DNA of 64,000 nucleotides from the NCBI GenBank assembly GCA_963676565.1, contig OY781089.1, forward strand, positions 3,072,001-3,136,000, read 5' to 3'. Below, piece by piece: positions 10,727 to 21,717 of the stretch (positions are counted from its first letter, which is position 1; the number at the start of each line of letters is the position of its first letter). This DNA is from Halarcobacter sp. GTDB taxonomy: Bacteria > Campylobacterota > Campylobacteria > Campylobacterales > Arcobacteraceae. The notes beneath the pieces were generated by a model. It was not told the origin of the DNA. It searched no databases and saw nothing but the letters and a program-made list of their open reading frames with translations. The position numbers were made by a program, and so were the translations under genes.

Positions 10727-11039
10727 AAAAAGTAAGTATTTTATTGGTATCACAATTTTCTTAATTAGTTTACTATTAATACAAATTGTGTACCTTAAAA
10801 CATATGAGTCAATAGACCCCAAACAATTAAATGAAAAAAAAGCCTTTCTAAAAGTTACTGCCCTGCCTGATTTAGCTATTTCAACAGAGGCTATGTATAT
10901 TAGACATAGAACATTAAGTGATACATTTTCTTTATTAAAAGAGAGTCCAGAATTAAGAGAGTATTTTCCATCTACTTTCACCTATTCCCACTCTCATATT
11001 CTAAATAACACACCCTCAAAGGTTTTAAATGAAAAGTAA
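10719..11039 (+). CDS. Small single-TM hypothetical protein of the NosL/ABC operon
   Basis: Overlaps both neighbours; N-terminal TM; LPDLAISTEA.YIRHR. Confidence 0.7.
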   Translation: MNKKSKYFIGITIFLISLLLIQIVYLKTYESIDPKQLNEKKAFLKVTALPDLAISTEAMYIRHRTLSDTFSLLKESPELREYFPSTFTYSHSHILNNTPSKVLNEK

Positions 11040-12216
11040 AATCAATCTGTATTTAATAGAGTTTGCCATAAACTCTTTACTTAGACAAAAATTTAAAAAT
11101 ATATTTATTTTAATAGTTCTTATTTTTTTAACTTCACTAATAGCCTCAATATTTTTTATTTCAAACTCAATTAAATACGAACTAAATACGACACTTAAAA
11201 CTCTTCCTCAAATTACCATACAAAAGTTAAAAGCGGGAAGACATTATGATATGAATTTAAATGATGTGGATGAAATTTTACATATTGCAGGAGTTACTGA
11301 TGCAATTCCTAGAGTTTGGGGATACTACTATTTTGCAAATATGGGTACAAACTTTTCTATAATTGGAATAGATGAATTTGAAAACCAATATAAACAAACC
11401 TTAGTTGAAGCAACAAAAGCAAATGATTTTACAAAAGCCTTAGATGAAAACTCTATGATAGTTGGAGAGGGAGTAAAAAAAGCCTTAGAAGAAAACTACT
11501 ATAAAAAATATTTTAATTTTATCAAACCAGATGGAACTTTCAAAAAAGTAAATATTGGAGGTGTTTTTAAGTCTTCTACAAACCTAGAATCAAATGATAC
11601 AATTTTACTTCCAAAACAAATAGCACTAGAGATTTTTGGAATGGAAGAAGATAAAATTACTGATATTGTTGTAAAAGTTGCAAATCCAGAAGAGATACCA
11701 ACAATCGCTTCAAAAATTCGAATAATATTTCCTGATGCAAGAGTTATTACGAATAAAGATTTAGAAATCTCATATCAAAATATCTTTGACTATAAAAGTG
11801 GAATGTTTTTAGCATTGTTTGTTGTTTCAATATTTACATTTTTTATTATTGTTTATGATAAAGCAAGTGGAATGAGTTCAGAAGAGAAAAGAGAAATTGG
11901 TGTTTTAAAAGCTTTAGGCTGGAAAATCGAAGATGTTTTAAAAGAGAAGTTCTATGAAAGTTTTATTATCTCTTTCTTGGGATATATAATTGGTATTTTA
12001 ATAGCCTTAAGTTTTGTATATATTTTTAACGCACCATTACTAAGTAATATATTCACTGGGTATTCTGAATTAAAAACAGATTTTGAGTTGCCTTTTTTAA
12101 TTGATTATAATACTTTATTTTTAATATTTTTTCTAACGGTTCCTATTTATATAGCTTCAACTATAATACCTTCATGGAGAAGTGCAACAATTGAAACAGA
12201 TAAGGTTTTAAGATGA
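11029..12216 (+). CDS. ABC transporter permease, FtsX/MacB/LolE type
   Basis: 4-TM layout with a large periplasmic loop; KREIGVLKALGW. Confidence 0.9.
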   Translation: MKSKINLYLIEFAINSLLRQKFKNIFILIVLIFLTSLIASIFFISNSIKYELNTTLKTLPQITIQKLKAGRHYDMNLNDVDEILHIAGVTDAIPRVWGYYYFANMGTNFSIIGIDEFENQYKQTLVEATKANDFTKALDENSMIVGEGVKKALEENYYKKYFNFIKPDGTFKKVNIGGVFKSSTNLESNDTILLPKQIALEIFGMEEDKITDIVVKVANPEEIPTIASKIRIIFPDARVITNKDLEISYQNIFDYKSGMFLALFVVSIFTFFIIVYDKASGMSSEEKREIGVLKALGWKIEDVLKEKFYESFIISFLGYIIGILIALSFVYIFNAPLLSNIFTGYSELKTDFELPFLIDYNTLFLIFFLTVPIYIASTIIPSWRSATIETDKVLR

Positions 12217-12896
12217 TAGAACTAAAAAAACTAAAAAAAGTTTTTGAACTTAATAAAAATAATACAATAGTTGCAGTAAATGATATAAGTTTAGAGATAA
12301 ATGATGGGGAACTACTTGTTTTAAAAGGTGCAAGTGGAAGTGGTAAAAGTACAATTCTTTCTTGTTTGGCTGGACTTTCAAAACCTACAACTGGTGAAGT
12401 AATTATTGATGATGATAGAATTTCAAAACTTCCTGATAATTTTGCTTCACTTTTTAGAAGAGAAAAAATTGGTTTTATCTTCCAAAAATATAATTTAATA
12501 CCAACTTTAAGTGTAAAGGAGAATATCTTAATTCCACTAATTCCTGAAAATTTACCTTCTAATGAAACAAAAGAGATTTTAGAAAAGGTTATGAAAAAGT
12601 TTAAAATTGACCATAAAAAAGATGAACTTGTAAAAAACCTTTCAGGGGGAGAGCAACAAAGAGTTGCAATTGCAAGAAGCCAAGTAAATAATCCAAAATA
12701 TATCATTGCAGATGAACCAACAGCAAACTTAGATAAAGAGTTATCACTTCATTTTATTGAGATTTTAAAAGAATTAAAAAATGAGGGTAAAACAATCATT
12801 GTAGCTACCCATGATCCACTTTTCTTTGAGCTTGACTTTGTTGATAAAGTTATTGAAATATCAAATGGAGAAATTTTAAATGAGGCTTTAATATAA
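12213..12896 (+). CDS. ABC transporter ATP-binding protein (LolD-like)
   Basis: GASGSGKS, LSGGEQQRVAIAR, ADEPTANLD, THD. Confidence 0.95.
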   Translation: MIELKKLKKVFELNKNNTIVAVNDISLEINDGELLVLKGASGSGKSTILSCLAGLSKPTTGEVIIDDDRISKLPDNFASLFRREKIGFIFQKYNLIPTLSVKENILIPLIPENLPSNETKEILEKVMKKFKIDHKKDELVKNLSGGEQQRVAIARSQVNNPKYIIADEPTANLDKELSLHFIEILKELKNEGKTIIVATHDPLFFELDFVDKVIEISNGEILNEALI

Positions 12897-13864
12897 TGCT
12901 TTTATCACCTGAAGTTTTAACTATACTTATTATAAATACAATATTTTTAGTATTTGGTACCATTGCTTTTTTTCTATCAACTAAAATTTTTTTAGGATGG
13001 GATATCAACTCAACTTCTAAGAAACAATATACCTTAGAGAAACAAAACTATTTAAGTGCAACAATAATCAAATATATACTTTTTACAAAAATTGTACTTT
13101 TTTTATTTTTTGTTTTTACCCTAGATAAGATATCAAATGTTTTAACAGGTGCCATGTGTGCAGCAGGTGTTGTTGATGCAACTAGTTATGGTATTTATCT
13201 ACTTTTGTTTAAATTAATAAATATCTATTTATTTGGTTTTTGGTTAATAATCCACAAAAGTGATATTGAAACAAAAGATATGAAGTTTACAAAATTAAAA
13301 TTTGGTTTTTATCTTTTTATCTATTTAATTTTTTTAGTTGAAACAATTATTGAAATAACGATGTTTTCTTCAATTGAAGTTGATAAATTAGTTTCTTGTT
13401 GTGGAACCTTATATTCAAGTTCAACAGGCTCATATCTATCTTCTTTATACGCCTTTGATAATAGTTTAATTCTTGGAGTATTTTATTCAATCTTTGCACT
13501 GCTTGTATTATCATACTTTCTAAAAAATGATTTTTTATATGTGATTTTTAATCTTCTATTTTTAATTATCTCACTGCTAAGTTTAATTATGTTTTTTGGA
13601 ACTTATATTTATGAGTTACCAACTCACCATTGCCCTTTTTGTATGCTTCAAAAAGAGTATAACTATGTAGGTTATATTATTTATATCTTTTTATTTTTAG
13701 GAACATTCTATGGTTTTATTCCTGCTCTTAGAAATATCGTTTTGCATATAAAAGAGAAACAAAACTATTATTATAAGATTTCTATTATATCTTCTATAAT
13801 TTATGTGATAATTGTTAGTTTATATCCTATAGCATTTTATATAAGGAATGGAGTCTGGCTATAG
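12896..13864 (+). CDS. Polytopic membrane protein with Cys/His motifs
   Basis: About 8 TM segments; loop motifs GAMCAAG, SCCG, HHCPFC. Confidence 0.75.
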   Translation: MLLSPEVLTILIINTIFLVFGTIAFFLSTKIFLGWDINSTSKKQYTLEKQNYLSATIIKYILFTKIVLFLFFVFTLDKISNVLTGAMCAAGVVDATSYGIYLLLFKLINIYLFGFWLIIHKSDIETKDMKFTKLKFGFYLFIYLIFLVETIIEITMFSSIEVDKLVSCCGTLYSSSTGSYLSSLYAFDNSLILGVFYSIFALLVLSYFLKNDFLYVIFNLLFLIISLLSLIMFFGTYIYELPTHHCPFCMLQKEYNYVGYIIYIFLFLGTFYGFIPALRNIVLHIKEKQNYYYKISIISSIIYVIIVSLYPIAFYIRNGVWL

Positions 13865-13984
13865 TTATCAAAAAAATTATTTTTAAATAAAAAGAACTAA
13901 TTGTATGCTTTTTATATAGCTGCATGTATATATCTTTGTTGGATTAGTGATAAAATTATTATCATATAAACAAAGGACTAAGTA

Positions 13985-15799
13985 ATGAATAACTTAGACT
14001 TAATTTGGATTTTATTAAGTGCTTTTTTGGTTTTCTTAATGCAATTTGGTTTTTCTTTAGTTGAAACAGGAAGTGTAAGAACAAAAAATACAATCAATGT
14101 GGCTATGAAAAATCTAATTGATACAGTTTTTGGAATAATCTTTTTCTGGTTTATCGGTTTTGGATTAATGTTTGGAACCGACTCTTTTGGACTCTTTGGA
14201 ACTGACAGTTTTATAATAGATGGTAAAAATCTAGAACAAAATGCAATATTTTTCTTCCAAGCAATGTTTGCAGCAACTGCTGTTACAATTGTTTCAGGAG
14301 CAGTTGCTGAAAGAATAAAATTTAATGGTTATATTGTTGTTGCGATAATTGTTTCTGCAATTATATACCCTATTTTTGGACACTGGGCATGGAATGAAAA
14401 TGGTTGGTTAAATAAACTTGGCTTTATAGATTTTGCTGGTTCAACTGTTGTTCACTCTATAGGGGCTTGGATTGGACTTATTGGAACTATAGTTTTAGGA
14501 CCAAGACTTGGTAAATTTAAAAATGGAAAAGTGAAATATTTTGCCCCAAGTAATCATAACTTTATAGTTTTTGGTGTATTTATACTTTTTTTCTCTTGGT
14601 TCGGATTTAACGCAGGAAGCTTATTAAAATTTGACTACGAAGTTACCTCAATACTTCTAAATACACTAATAGCTGCTGTTTTTGGTGGATTTGGTGCATG
14701 GATTGTAACTCTTTTTCATAAATCAAAGGTTGATGTTGAAATTTTTAGTTATGGTATTTTAGCAGGTCTTGTGGGGATTACAGCAGGGTGTTATGAACTA
14801 ACTGTTGCACAAAGTGCAATTGTAGGATTTATCTCTTCATTTATAATGCACTATTCAAATGAACTTTTAACAAGATATTTTAAAATAGATGACCCTTTAA
14901 GCGTAGTTAGTATTCATGGTTTTGCAGGAGCATGGGGAACAATAGCAGTGGGTATTTTTGCGAAACTTCCTGATGGTATGACTAGAATTGAATTAATTTT
15001 AGTACAAACAGTAGGAGTGTTTAGTGCCTTCTTATTTGCCATCATTACAGGTTTTGTTCTATTTATTATCCTTTATAAACTTGATTTACTTAGAGTTAGA
15101 AAAAAACATGAAGTAATAGGTTTAAATACAAGCGAACACAATGCCAAGCTTCCATGGGTTGAGACAATTGAAAGTATTGTAACAATTATGAAAACAGGAA
15201 ATATGGGGAAAAAAGTTCATGAAGAAAGGGGTACAGAAGTTGGTTTAGTGGCAAAATTTTTTAATATATTATTAAATATGTTAAAAGAGAAAAATACCCA
15301 ATTAAAAAATAGTAATAAATCTTTGCATAAAAAAGCTTATTTTGATGCCTTAACATCAATTATGAATAGAAGAGGTTTTTTAGAAAAAATAAAAGACAAA
15401 ACTCTTTTCTCAAAATATTCTCTTGCAATAATTGATATTGATAAGTTTAAATCAATAAATGATAATTATGGGCATGATATAGGAGATGAAGTTTTAAAAG
15501 AGTTAGCAAAAGTGGTATCAAATAATATAAGAGATAAAGATTTGTTTGCAAGATGGGGAGGTGAAGAGTTTGTTTTATTGATGGATACAGACGATTTACA
15601 AATAGCACAAAATATTGCAGATAAAATAAGAAAAGCAATAGAAAAAGCACCTTTCTCAACAGTAAATAATATAACAGCTTCATTTGGTGTTAGTAATTTT
15701 AAAAATATAAACGAATCTTTTGATGATGTATTGAAAAAAGCAGATAAAGCTTTATATAATGCTAAAGAGTTAGGGAGGAATAGAGTTTGTAGTTATTAA
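13985..15799 (+). CDS. Ammonium transporter (Amt) domain fused to a GGDEF diguanylate cyclase
   Basis: Amt motifs SGAVAER, DFAGSTVVH, GPRLG, WFGFN, DDP...IHG; HAMP-like linker; D.LT...NRR, DID.FK.IND.YGH..GD, RWGGEEF. Confidence 0.92.
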   Translation: MNNLDLIWILLSAFLVFLMQFGFSLVETGSVRTKNTINVAMKNLIDTVFGIIFFWFIGFGLMFGTDSFGLFGTDSFIIDGKNLEQNAIFFFQAMFAATAVTIVSGAVAERIKFNGYIVVAIIVSAIIYPIFGHWAWNENGWLNKLGFIDFAGSTVVHSIGAWIGLIGTIVLGPRLGKFKNGKVKYFAPSNHNFIVFGVFILFFSWFGFNAGSLLKFDYEVTSILLNTLIAAVFGGFGAWIVTLFHKSKVDVEIFSYGILAGLVGITAGCYELTVAQSAIVGFISSFIMHYSNELLTRYFKIDDPLSVVSIHGFAGAWGTIAVGIFAKLPDGMTRIELILVQTVGVFSAFLFAIITGFVLFIILYKLDLLRVRKKHEVIGLNTSEHNAKLPWVETIESIVTIMKTGNMGKKVHEERGTEVGLVAKFFNILLNMLKEKNTQLKNSNKSLHKKAYFDALTSIMNRRGFLEKIKDKTLFSKYSLAIIDIDKFKSINDNYGHDIGDEVLKELAKVVSNNIRDKDLFARWGGEEFVLLMDTDDLQIAQNIADKIRKAIEKAPFSTVNNITASFGVSNFKNINESFDDVLKKADKALYNAKELGRNRVCSY

Positions 15800-15823
15800 A
15801 ACTAGAGGAATACCTCTAGTTTT
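15798..15823. terminator. Bidirectional intrinsic terminator between convergent amt-GGDEF and purL
   Basis: AAAACTAGAGG-AATA-CCTCTAGTTTT. Confidence 0.8.
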
Positions 15824-15825
15824 TA

Positions 15826-18039
15826 TTATAAATCTTGTTCGATTACTTGTCTAAATTTATTAAAGTAGATATCTTTTGCAGCATCTAACTCAAAATAAAC
15901 ATCATTGATAGAGATTTTCCCTCCACCAATCATACCAAGTTTTGTACAAGTGATTTTTCTATTTGCACAAAGTCTTTCAAAGCTTTCACAGTTTTCAGGG
16001 TCAACTTCAACTAAAGCTCTTGATAGTGTTTCAGAGAAAATATCTTTTTCATCTTCTAAATCTACTTTAGCATCAACACCTCTGTTTCCAACAACAGCCA
16101 TTTTTGCTAGTGCAATTGCAAGTCCACCTACATTTACATCTTTTGCAGATTCTAATAGGTCTTGTTTATTAGCTTCGATAACTGTATTCCAAAGATTTAA
16201 TTCTTTTGAAAAATCAACTTCAGGGTGAGTTCCAGCTACTTTATCATAGAATTTTTTCATATATAAAGATCCACCAAATTCTGATTTAGTATCACCTAAT
16301 AAATATACAAAGTTTCCATCTTCTTTAAATGCAGAAGGTAAAACTTTATTTGCATCTTCATTTACACCAACCATTGCAATTGCAGGAGTTGGGAAAACAC
16401 CAACACCATTTGTCTCATTATATAAAGATACATTTCCACCAATAACTGGAGTATTTAACTCTTTACAAGCAGATTTTATACCTTCACAAGCTTGAGCAAA
16501 TTGCCACATAACTTCTGGGTTTTGTGGATTTCCAAAGTTAAGACAATCAGTAATTGCTTTTGGAACAGCTCCTGTCATAGCTACATTTCTTCCTGATTCC
16601 ATAACAGCTGCTGCAGCTCCAAGTTCTGGATTAATATAACATTGTCTTGTATTACAATCAGCACTCATTGCTAAAGCCTTTCCAGTCTCTTTAATTCTAA
16701 TTACAGAACCATCTAATTTTCCAGGTCCTTTTACAGTATTTGTTTGAACCATTGAATCATATTGATTATAAACCCATGATTTATCAACAACTTCCATATC
16801 ACTAATTAATGCTTCAAATGCTTCTTGGTTTGAGATTTCTTTATCTAAAGTAATATCTTCAATCCCTTCTAAATACTCTGGTTTTGCAACTGGTCTATCT
16901 AAAATTGGAGCTTCTTCTGAAACTGGTTGAACTGGAATATCTGCACATTTTTCACCATGCCAAAATAATTCCATATTTCCAGTTGCAGTTACTTCACCAA
17001 TAACAGCTACATCTAATTCCCATTTTTCAAAGATATCAATAATAGCTTGCTCACAACCTTTTTTAGCACAAATTAGCATTCTTTCTTGAGATTCACTTAG
17101 CATGAAATCATAAGGAGTCATCCCCTCTTCTCTTGCTGGAACTTTATCTAAATGCATAATCATACCAGAACCAGATCTTCCTGCCATCTCAAAAGAAGAT
17201 GAAGTAAGTCCTGCTGCACCCATATCCTGGATACCAATAATTAAATCCTCTTTAAATAGCTCTAAACAAGCTTCTAAAAGTAGTTTTTCAGTAAATGGGT
17301 CTCCAACTTGAACTGTTGGTCTTTTTGATTCAGAATCTTCATCAAATGAAGCAGATGACATTACAGCTCCACCAAGTCCATCACGCCCAGTTTTAGAACC
17401 TACATACATAACTGGGTTTCCAATACCTTCAGCTTTTCCGTAGAAAATCTCATCAGCTTTTGCAATACCTAAGTTAAAAGCATTTACAAGGTTATTTCCA
17501 GCATAACACTCTTCAAAATTTGTTTGTCCACCAATAGTTGGAACACCCATACAGTTACCATATCCACCAATACCTGCAACAACACCTCTTAAAAGAAATC
17601 TATGTTTTTGTGCAGTTTCAGAATCACCCTCAATACCTGCAAATTGGATTAAGTTCATAGAAGCAACTGGTCTAGCTCCCATTGTAAATACGTCTCTCAT
17701 AATACCACCAACACCAGTAGCAGCACCTTGATATGGTTCTATAAAAGAAGGGTGGTTATGTGATTCCATTTTAAATACTGCTGCGTATCCATCACCAATA
17801 TCAATAACACCAGCATTTTCACCTGGTCCTTGAATAACCCATGGAGCCTTAGTTGGGAATCCATTTAAATATTTTTTACTAGATTTATAAGAACAATGTT
17901 CAGACCACATTGCAGAAAAAATTCCAATCTCTACATAGTTTGGTTCTCTTCCTAAAATCTCTTTAATGTTATCTAATTCTTCAAGTGTCAAAGAGTGAGC
18001 AAGTGCTAACTCTTCTAAAGTCATCTCTTTATTTTGCAT
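15826..18039 (-). CDS. purL: Phosphoribosylformylglycinamidine synthase subunit PurL
   Basis: [49 protein letters not shown]. Confidence 0.98.
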   Translation of the reverse strand: MQNKEMTLEELALAHSLTLEELDNIKEILGREPNYVEIGIFSAMWSEHCSYKSSKKYLNGFPTKAPWVIQGPGENAGVIDIGDGYAAVFKMESHNHPSFIEPYQGAATGVGGIMRDVFTMGARPVASMNLIQFAGIEGDSETAQKHRFLLRGVVAGIGGYGNCMGVPTIGGQTNFEECYAGNNLVNAFNLGIAKADEIFYGKAEGIGNPVMYVGSKTGRDGLGGAVMSSASFDEDSESKRPTVQVGDPFTEKLLLEACLELFKEDLIIGIQDMGAAGLTSSSFEMAGRSGSGMIMHLDKVPAREEGMTPYDFMLSESQERMLICAKKGCEQAIIDIFEKWELDVAVIGEVTATGNMELFWHGEKCADIPVQPVSEEAPILDRPVAKPEYLEGIEDITLDKEISNQEAFEALISDMEVVDKSWVYNQYDSMVQTNTVKGPGKLDGSVIRIKETGKALAMSADCNTRQCYINPELGAAAAVMESGRNVAMTGAVPKAITDCLNFGNPQNPEVMWQFAQACEGIKSACKELNTPVIGGNVSLYNETNGVGVFPTPAIAMVGVNEDANKVLPSAFKEDGNFVYLLGDTKSEFGGSLYMKKFYDKVAGTHPEVDFSKELNLWNTVIEANKQDLLESAKDVNVGGLAIALAKMAVVGNRGVDAKVDLEDEKDIFSETLSRALVEVDPENCESFERLCANRKITCTKLGMIGGGKISINDVYFELDAAKDIYFNKFRQVIEQDL

Positions 18040-18112
18040 TTTTCGCCTTAAAATTATGGTTGTGATTGTTTCTAAAGTTCGTGATTATATCTAAAGGGCA
18101 CTTAGCTTTTGA

Positions 18113-19072
18113 TTACCCTTCAGCTAAGATTTTTATTTTATTGTCTTTTAACTCTATGTAAAGCTCTTTTCGTCCATTAAAAGTGTAGTACTTAGTCTCA
18201 TAATCTTCATCCATTAAAACTTTAAACATTTGCTTATTTAATGAGTTTGGGTAAGGAACAATATTTATATTTTTAAACTCTATTTTTTTATTTTCTTTTT
18301 TTGAGAAAATTTTTTCTTTGTAATCTTTAAATTGTTTAATATCCATTCCATCATGTCTTCTGAAGTTTTCTGAATAAAAATTTAAATACCCTTCTAAATC
18401 AGATTTTTTCCAAGCTTCTCTCCATTTATAAATAGAAGATAAGATTAAACTCATTTGATCTTTTGAAACCTTTTTTAAATTTTCATCGGAAATTAACAAA
18501 ATCGATTTAGTATAATCAAAACTTTCATCTAATTCTTCAAGTTTTGGATTATCTAAAGCAATACATCCTTTTGTAAACTCTTCTCTTTCTTCGTTTAAAG
18601 GCATTCCATGAATCCATATACCATGGCCATTTTTATTTAAAGTTTTATCAAAAGTATTAGGATAATTAGTTACTAAAGCTAAAGGACCATAAAATTGATC
18701 CACTGATGTTAATTTTTTTGTTAATTCATAAGCTCCAGTTGGAGTTTTCAAGTCCCCTTCAGATTGTTTATCACCCTCTTTCTCTCCAACAATTACACTA
18801 TCCCTTAAAATTAAGTTATAGTCATTTTTGCCAATTTTATATAAAGCAATCTCTTTAGCATCTTTTTGGGTAAAAAGAAGATATTTTTTTGATTCATAAT
18901 AACCAAAATCTACATTTTTATCTTTTAAATATTTCTTCCAATATTCTTTTTTTGTTAGTTGTTTTTCAAGTTCAATTTTTACAGCCTCCAATCCTTGGCT
19001 TCTATAAATGTCAACTAAATCAGCAATCATAATATTTGAAATTATGATTAAAATTAATACTATTTTCTTCAA
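18113..19072 (-). CDS. L,D-transpeptidase/carboxypeptidase family protein (Csd6/Pgp2-like)
   Basis: GDK..EGDLKTP.G.Y, GIWIHG, TKGCIAL; C-terminal NTF2-like domain. Confidence 0.85.
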   Translation of the reverse strand: MKKIVLILIIISNIMIADLVDIYRSQGLEAVKIELEKQLTKKEYWKKYLKDKNVDFGYYESKKYLLFTQKDAKEIALYKIGKNDYNLILRDSVIVGEKEGDKQSEGDLKTPTGAYELTKKLTSVDQFYGPLALVTNYPNTFDKTLNKNGHGIWIHGMPLNEEREEFTKGCIALDNPKLEELDESFDYTKSILLISDENLKKVSKDQMSLILSSIYKWREAWKKSDLEGYLNFYSENFRRHDGMDIKQFKDYKEKIFSKKENKKIEFKNINIVPYPNSLNKQMFKVLMDEDYETKYYTFNGRKELYIELKDNKIKILAEG

Positions 19073-19156
19073 TTGATAGCTCCCAAAATTCTTTATATAT
19101 TCTTTAGTTGCGCAATTGTATAATATCGCTTCTAATTTTTTTATAAAAGAAGGTAC

Positions 19157-20347
19157 ATGAAAAAAACGATAATCCTATTTCTGTTTATTATTACATCTAT
19201 ATTTGCAAACGTTGTTAAAGAAGAAAAATGGCCCAAAGGTGAAACATTTTTAACCTTTTTAGACAAATATCAAATCCCTCAAAAACTATATTTCGATTTA
19301 GAAAAAGAGGATAAAGAGCTTTGTTCAGAGATTACTGCTGATAACTATTACTATACAATTGAAAATGATGATGGAAGTTTAAATCAAGTTTTAATTCCAG
19401 TTTCTGAAGAGATTCAATTACATTTATCAAAACAAGATGATGGAACTTATAAATTTCAAACTTTGCCAATAAGCTATAGAGAGTTTACTGAAACAATTGC
19501 AATGCCAATAACTAGTTCAGTTTCACAACAACTGCAAGAAGCAACAGCAAGTGCAGCTTTAGCGGCTAACTTAAAATCAATTTTTTCTGGAGTAAGCTTT
19601 AGAAGAATGCAAAAAGGTGATATTGTTGCAATTGAGTATACTCAAAAAGAACTTTTAGGGAAACCATTTGGTCAACCACTTATAAAAGCTGCAATGGTTG
19701 AGATTAACGGGAAAAAACATTATAGATTTTTAAATGATAAAAATGATAAATATTATGATGAAAAGGGTAAAGCATTTACAAAGTTTTATTTCTTTAAATA
19801 TCCTCTTTCATATTCAAGAATTTCAAGTCACTTTACAAAAAAAAGATGGCACCCTGTTTTAAAAAGATATAGAGCTCATTTAGGAACGGACTTTGCTGCT
19901 CCTAGGGGAAGAAAAATTTACGCTGCTGGTGATGGAAGGATTGAATTTAAAGGTAGAAAAGGTGGATATGGTAATACAATTATCATCAGACATCCAAATG
20001 GATACAAAACCTTATATGCTCACCAACATAAATTTAGAGCCGGGTTAAGAACTGGGCAAAGAGTTAAAAAAGGTGATTTAATCGGATATGTTGGAAGTAC
20101 AGGATTAAGTTCTGGACCACATTTACACCTTGGAGTATATAAAAATGGAAGAGCAATTAATCCTTTGAAAATCATAAGAAAACCTGAAACAGTAAAACTT
20201 TCAGGGGCAAAAAGAAAACAATTTATAGCCTTAGCAAAAGAAAAAATAAAAGAATTTGACAAAGTTATTGACAATATTGATAACTATAAAGGAACAAGAT
20301 TAGATAGAATGGCTTCATCAAGCCAACTAAATCCAAAGGAAATCTAA
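19157..20347 (+). CDS. M23 family peptidoglycan DD-metalloendopeptidase
   Basis: HLGTDFAA, YGN, LYAH, GSTGLSSGPHLH. Confidence 0.92.
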   Translation: MKKTIILFLFIITSIFANVVKEEKWPKGETFLTFLDKYQIPQKLYFDLEKEDKELCSEITADNYYYTIENDDGSLNQVLIPVSEEIQLHLSKQDDGTYKFQTLPISYREFTETIAMPITSSVSQQLQEATASAALAANLKSIFSGVSFRRMQKGDIVAIEYTQKELLGKPFGQPLIKAAMVEINGKKHYRFLNDKNDKYYDEKGKAFTKFYFFKYPLSYSRISSHFTKKRWHPVLKRYRAHLGTDFAAPRGRKIYAAGDGRIEFKGRKGGYGNTIIIRHPNGYKTLYAHQHKFRAGLRTGQRVKKGDLIGYVGSTGLSSGPHLHLGVYKNGRAINPLKIIRKPETVKLSGAKRKQFIALAKEKIKEFDKVIDNIDNYKGTRLDRMASSSQLNPKEI

Positions 20348-21702
20348 TGGAAATTAAAGAGCATATCATAACAAATCCTGAAAAACTTTTAGAAAATCTA
20401 AATGAACTTCACCCAAGTGATATTGCTCACTCTTTGAAAAAAATTGAAAAAGACTCTTCTGAGGATTTTTTCTTTATATTAAAACAAATTCCCGAAGATA
20501 TTTTGGGGGAAGTAATTCTTGAACTTCCTGATTATCTAAGGGAAGATACATATGATGAACTTTCAAGTGAAAAACTTACTGAAATAGTTTATGAACTTGA
20601 ATCAGATGACGCGACTGATATTATCCAAGAACTAGAAGAACACAATGTAGAAAAAGCAAAAGAGGTTTTTGACGGTCTAGAAGATGAAGATAAGCAACAA
20701 ATTGAATGGTTAAGTAGATATGAAGAGGATGAAGCTGGTTCATATATGCAAACGGAGCTATTCTCAGCAAACTTAAATGAGACAATTAAAGAATCCCTTG
20801 ATAGACTAACCCTTGGCAAGGAAGAAGATGAGCTAGTAAATATTCATCAAGTTTATATTGTAGATAATCATAAAAAACTTATTGCTTCTATTTTACTTGA
20901 AGATTTAATCCTTATTGATTTTAAAAAAACCTACCAAGAGGTTTTAGACTCCCATGATGAAAATAGGTTTAAAGCAAACATAGTTCATGATAAAGAACAT
21001 ATCGATGATGTTGCAAAAAAGTTTGAAAAATATGACTTAAATGCTGTTGCTGTTGTTGGGTTTCAAGATATGTTAATGGGAAGAATTACTTCCGATGATA
21101 TTTTAGATGTTATTGAAGAAAATGCAACTGAGCAAATGTACCAATTAGCTGGGGTTGATGATGACTTTGAGCACGATGATAATCTTTATATAACAGCGAA
21201 AAAAAGAGGCTTTTGGCTTTTTTTAAACCTAGGAACTGCTATATTAGCATCCCTTGTAATTGGAATATTTGAAGAGACTTTACAATCATATGTTGCATTA
21301 GCAATTTTAATGCCAATTGTTGCTTCTATGGGAGGAAATGCAGGTACTCAAACCTTAGCCGTAATGGTTAGGCAGTTAGCATTAGGAGATATTGACTTTG
21401 ATAATAGTAAAGATGCTATAAAAAAAGAGGTATTTATCTCAATTGTTAATGGTTTGGTTTTTGCAATAATTATTGGTGGTATTGCTTGGTTTTGGTTTAG
21501 TACTGCAATGCTTGGTGTTGTAATTGCAATATCTATGATAATAAACCTTTTTAGTGCAGGTTTTTTTGGAGCTTCAATACCACTTATTTTGAAAAAATTT
21601 GATATTGACCCAGCTATTGGAAGTACAGTTTTACTTACAACAGTAACTGATATAGTTGGTTTTTTTAGTTTTTTAATGCTTGCAAAGGTTATTTTACTTT
21701 AA
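20347..21702 (+). CDS. mgtE: Magnesium transporter MgtE
   Basis: Acidic N-domain, CBS pair, MGGNAGTQT, DPA......LTTVTDIVG. Confidence 0.95.
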   Translation: MEIKEHIITNPEKLLENLNELHPSDIAHSLKKIEKDSSEDFFFILKQIPEDILGEVILELPDYLREDTYDELSSEKLTEIVYELESDDATDIIQELEEHNVEKAKEVFDGLEDEDKQQIEWLSRYEEDEAGSYMQTELFSANLNETIKESLDRLTLGKEEDELVNIHQVYIVDNHKKLIASILLEDLILIDFKKTYQEVLDSHDENRFKANIVHDKEHIDDVAKKFEKYDLNAVAVVGFQDMLMGRITSDDILDVIEENATEQMYQLAGVDDDFEHDDNLYITAKKRGFWLFLNLGTAILASLVIGIFEETLQSYVALAILMPIVASMGGNAGTQTLAVMVRQLALGDIDFDNSKDAIKKEVFISIVNGLVFAIIIGGIAWFWFSTAMLGVVIAISMIINLFSAGFFGASIPLILKKFDIDPAIGSTVLLTTVTDIVGFFSFLMLAKVILL

Positions 21703-21717
21703 TTAATATACAAGATA

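Noticed and set aside
8777..13864. Nitrous oxide reductase (nos) cluster
   Set aside because: No nosZ, nosD or nosY-like genes; the ABC components are LolD/FtsX type.
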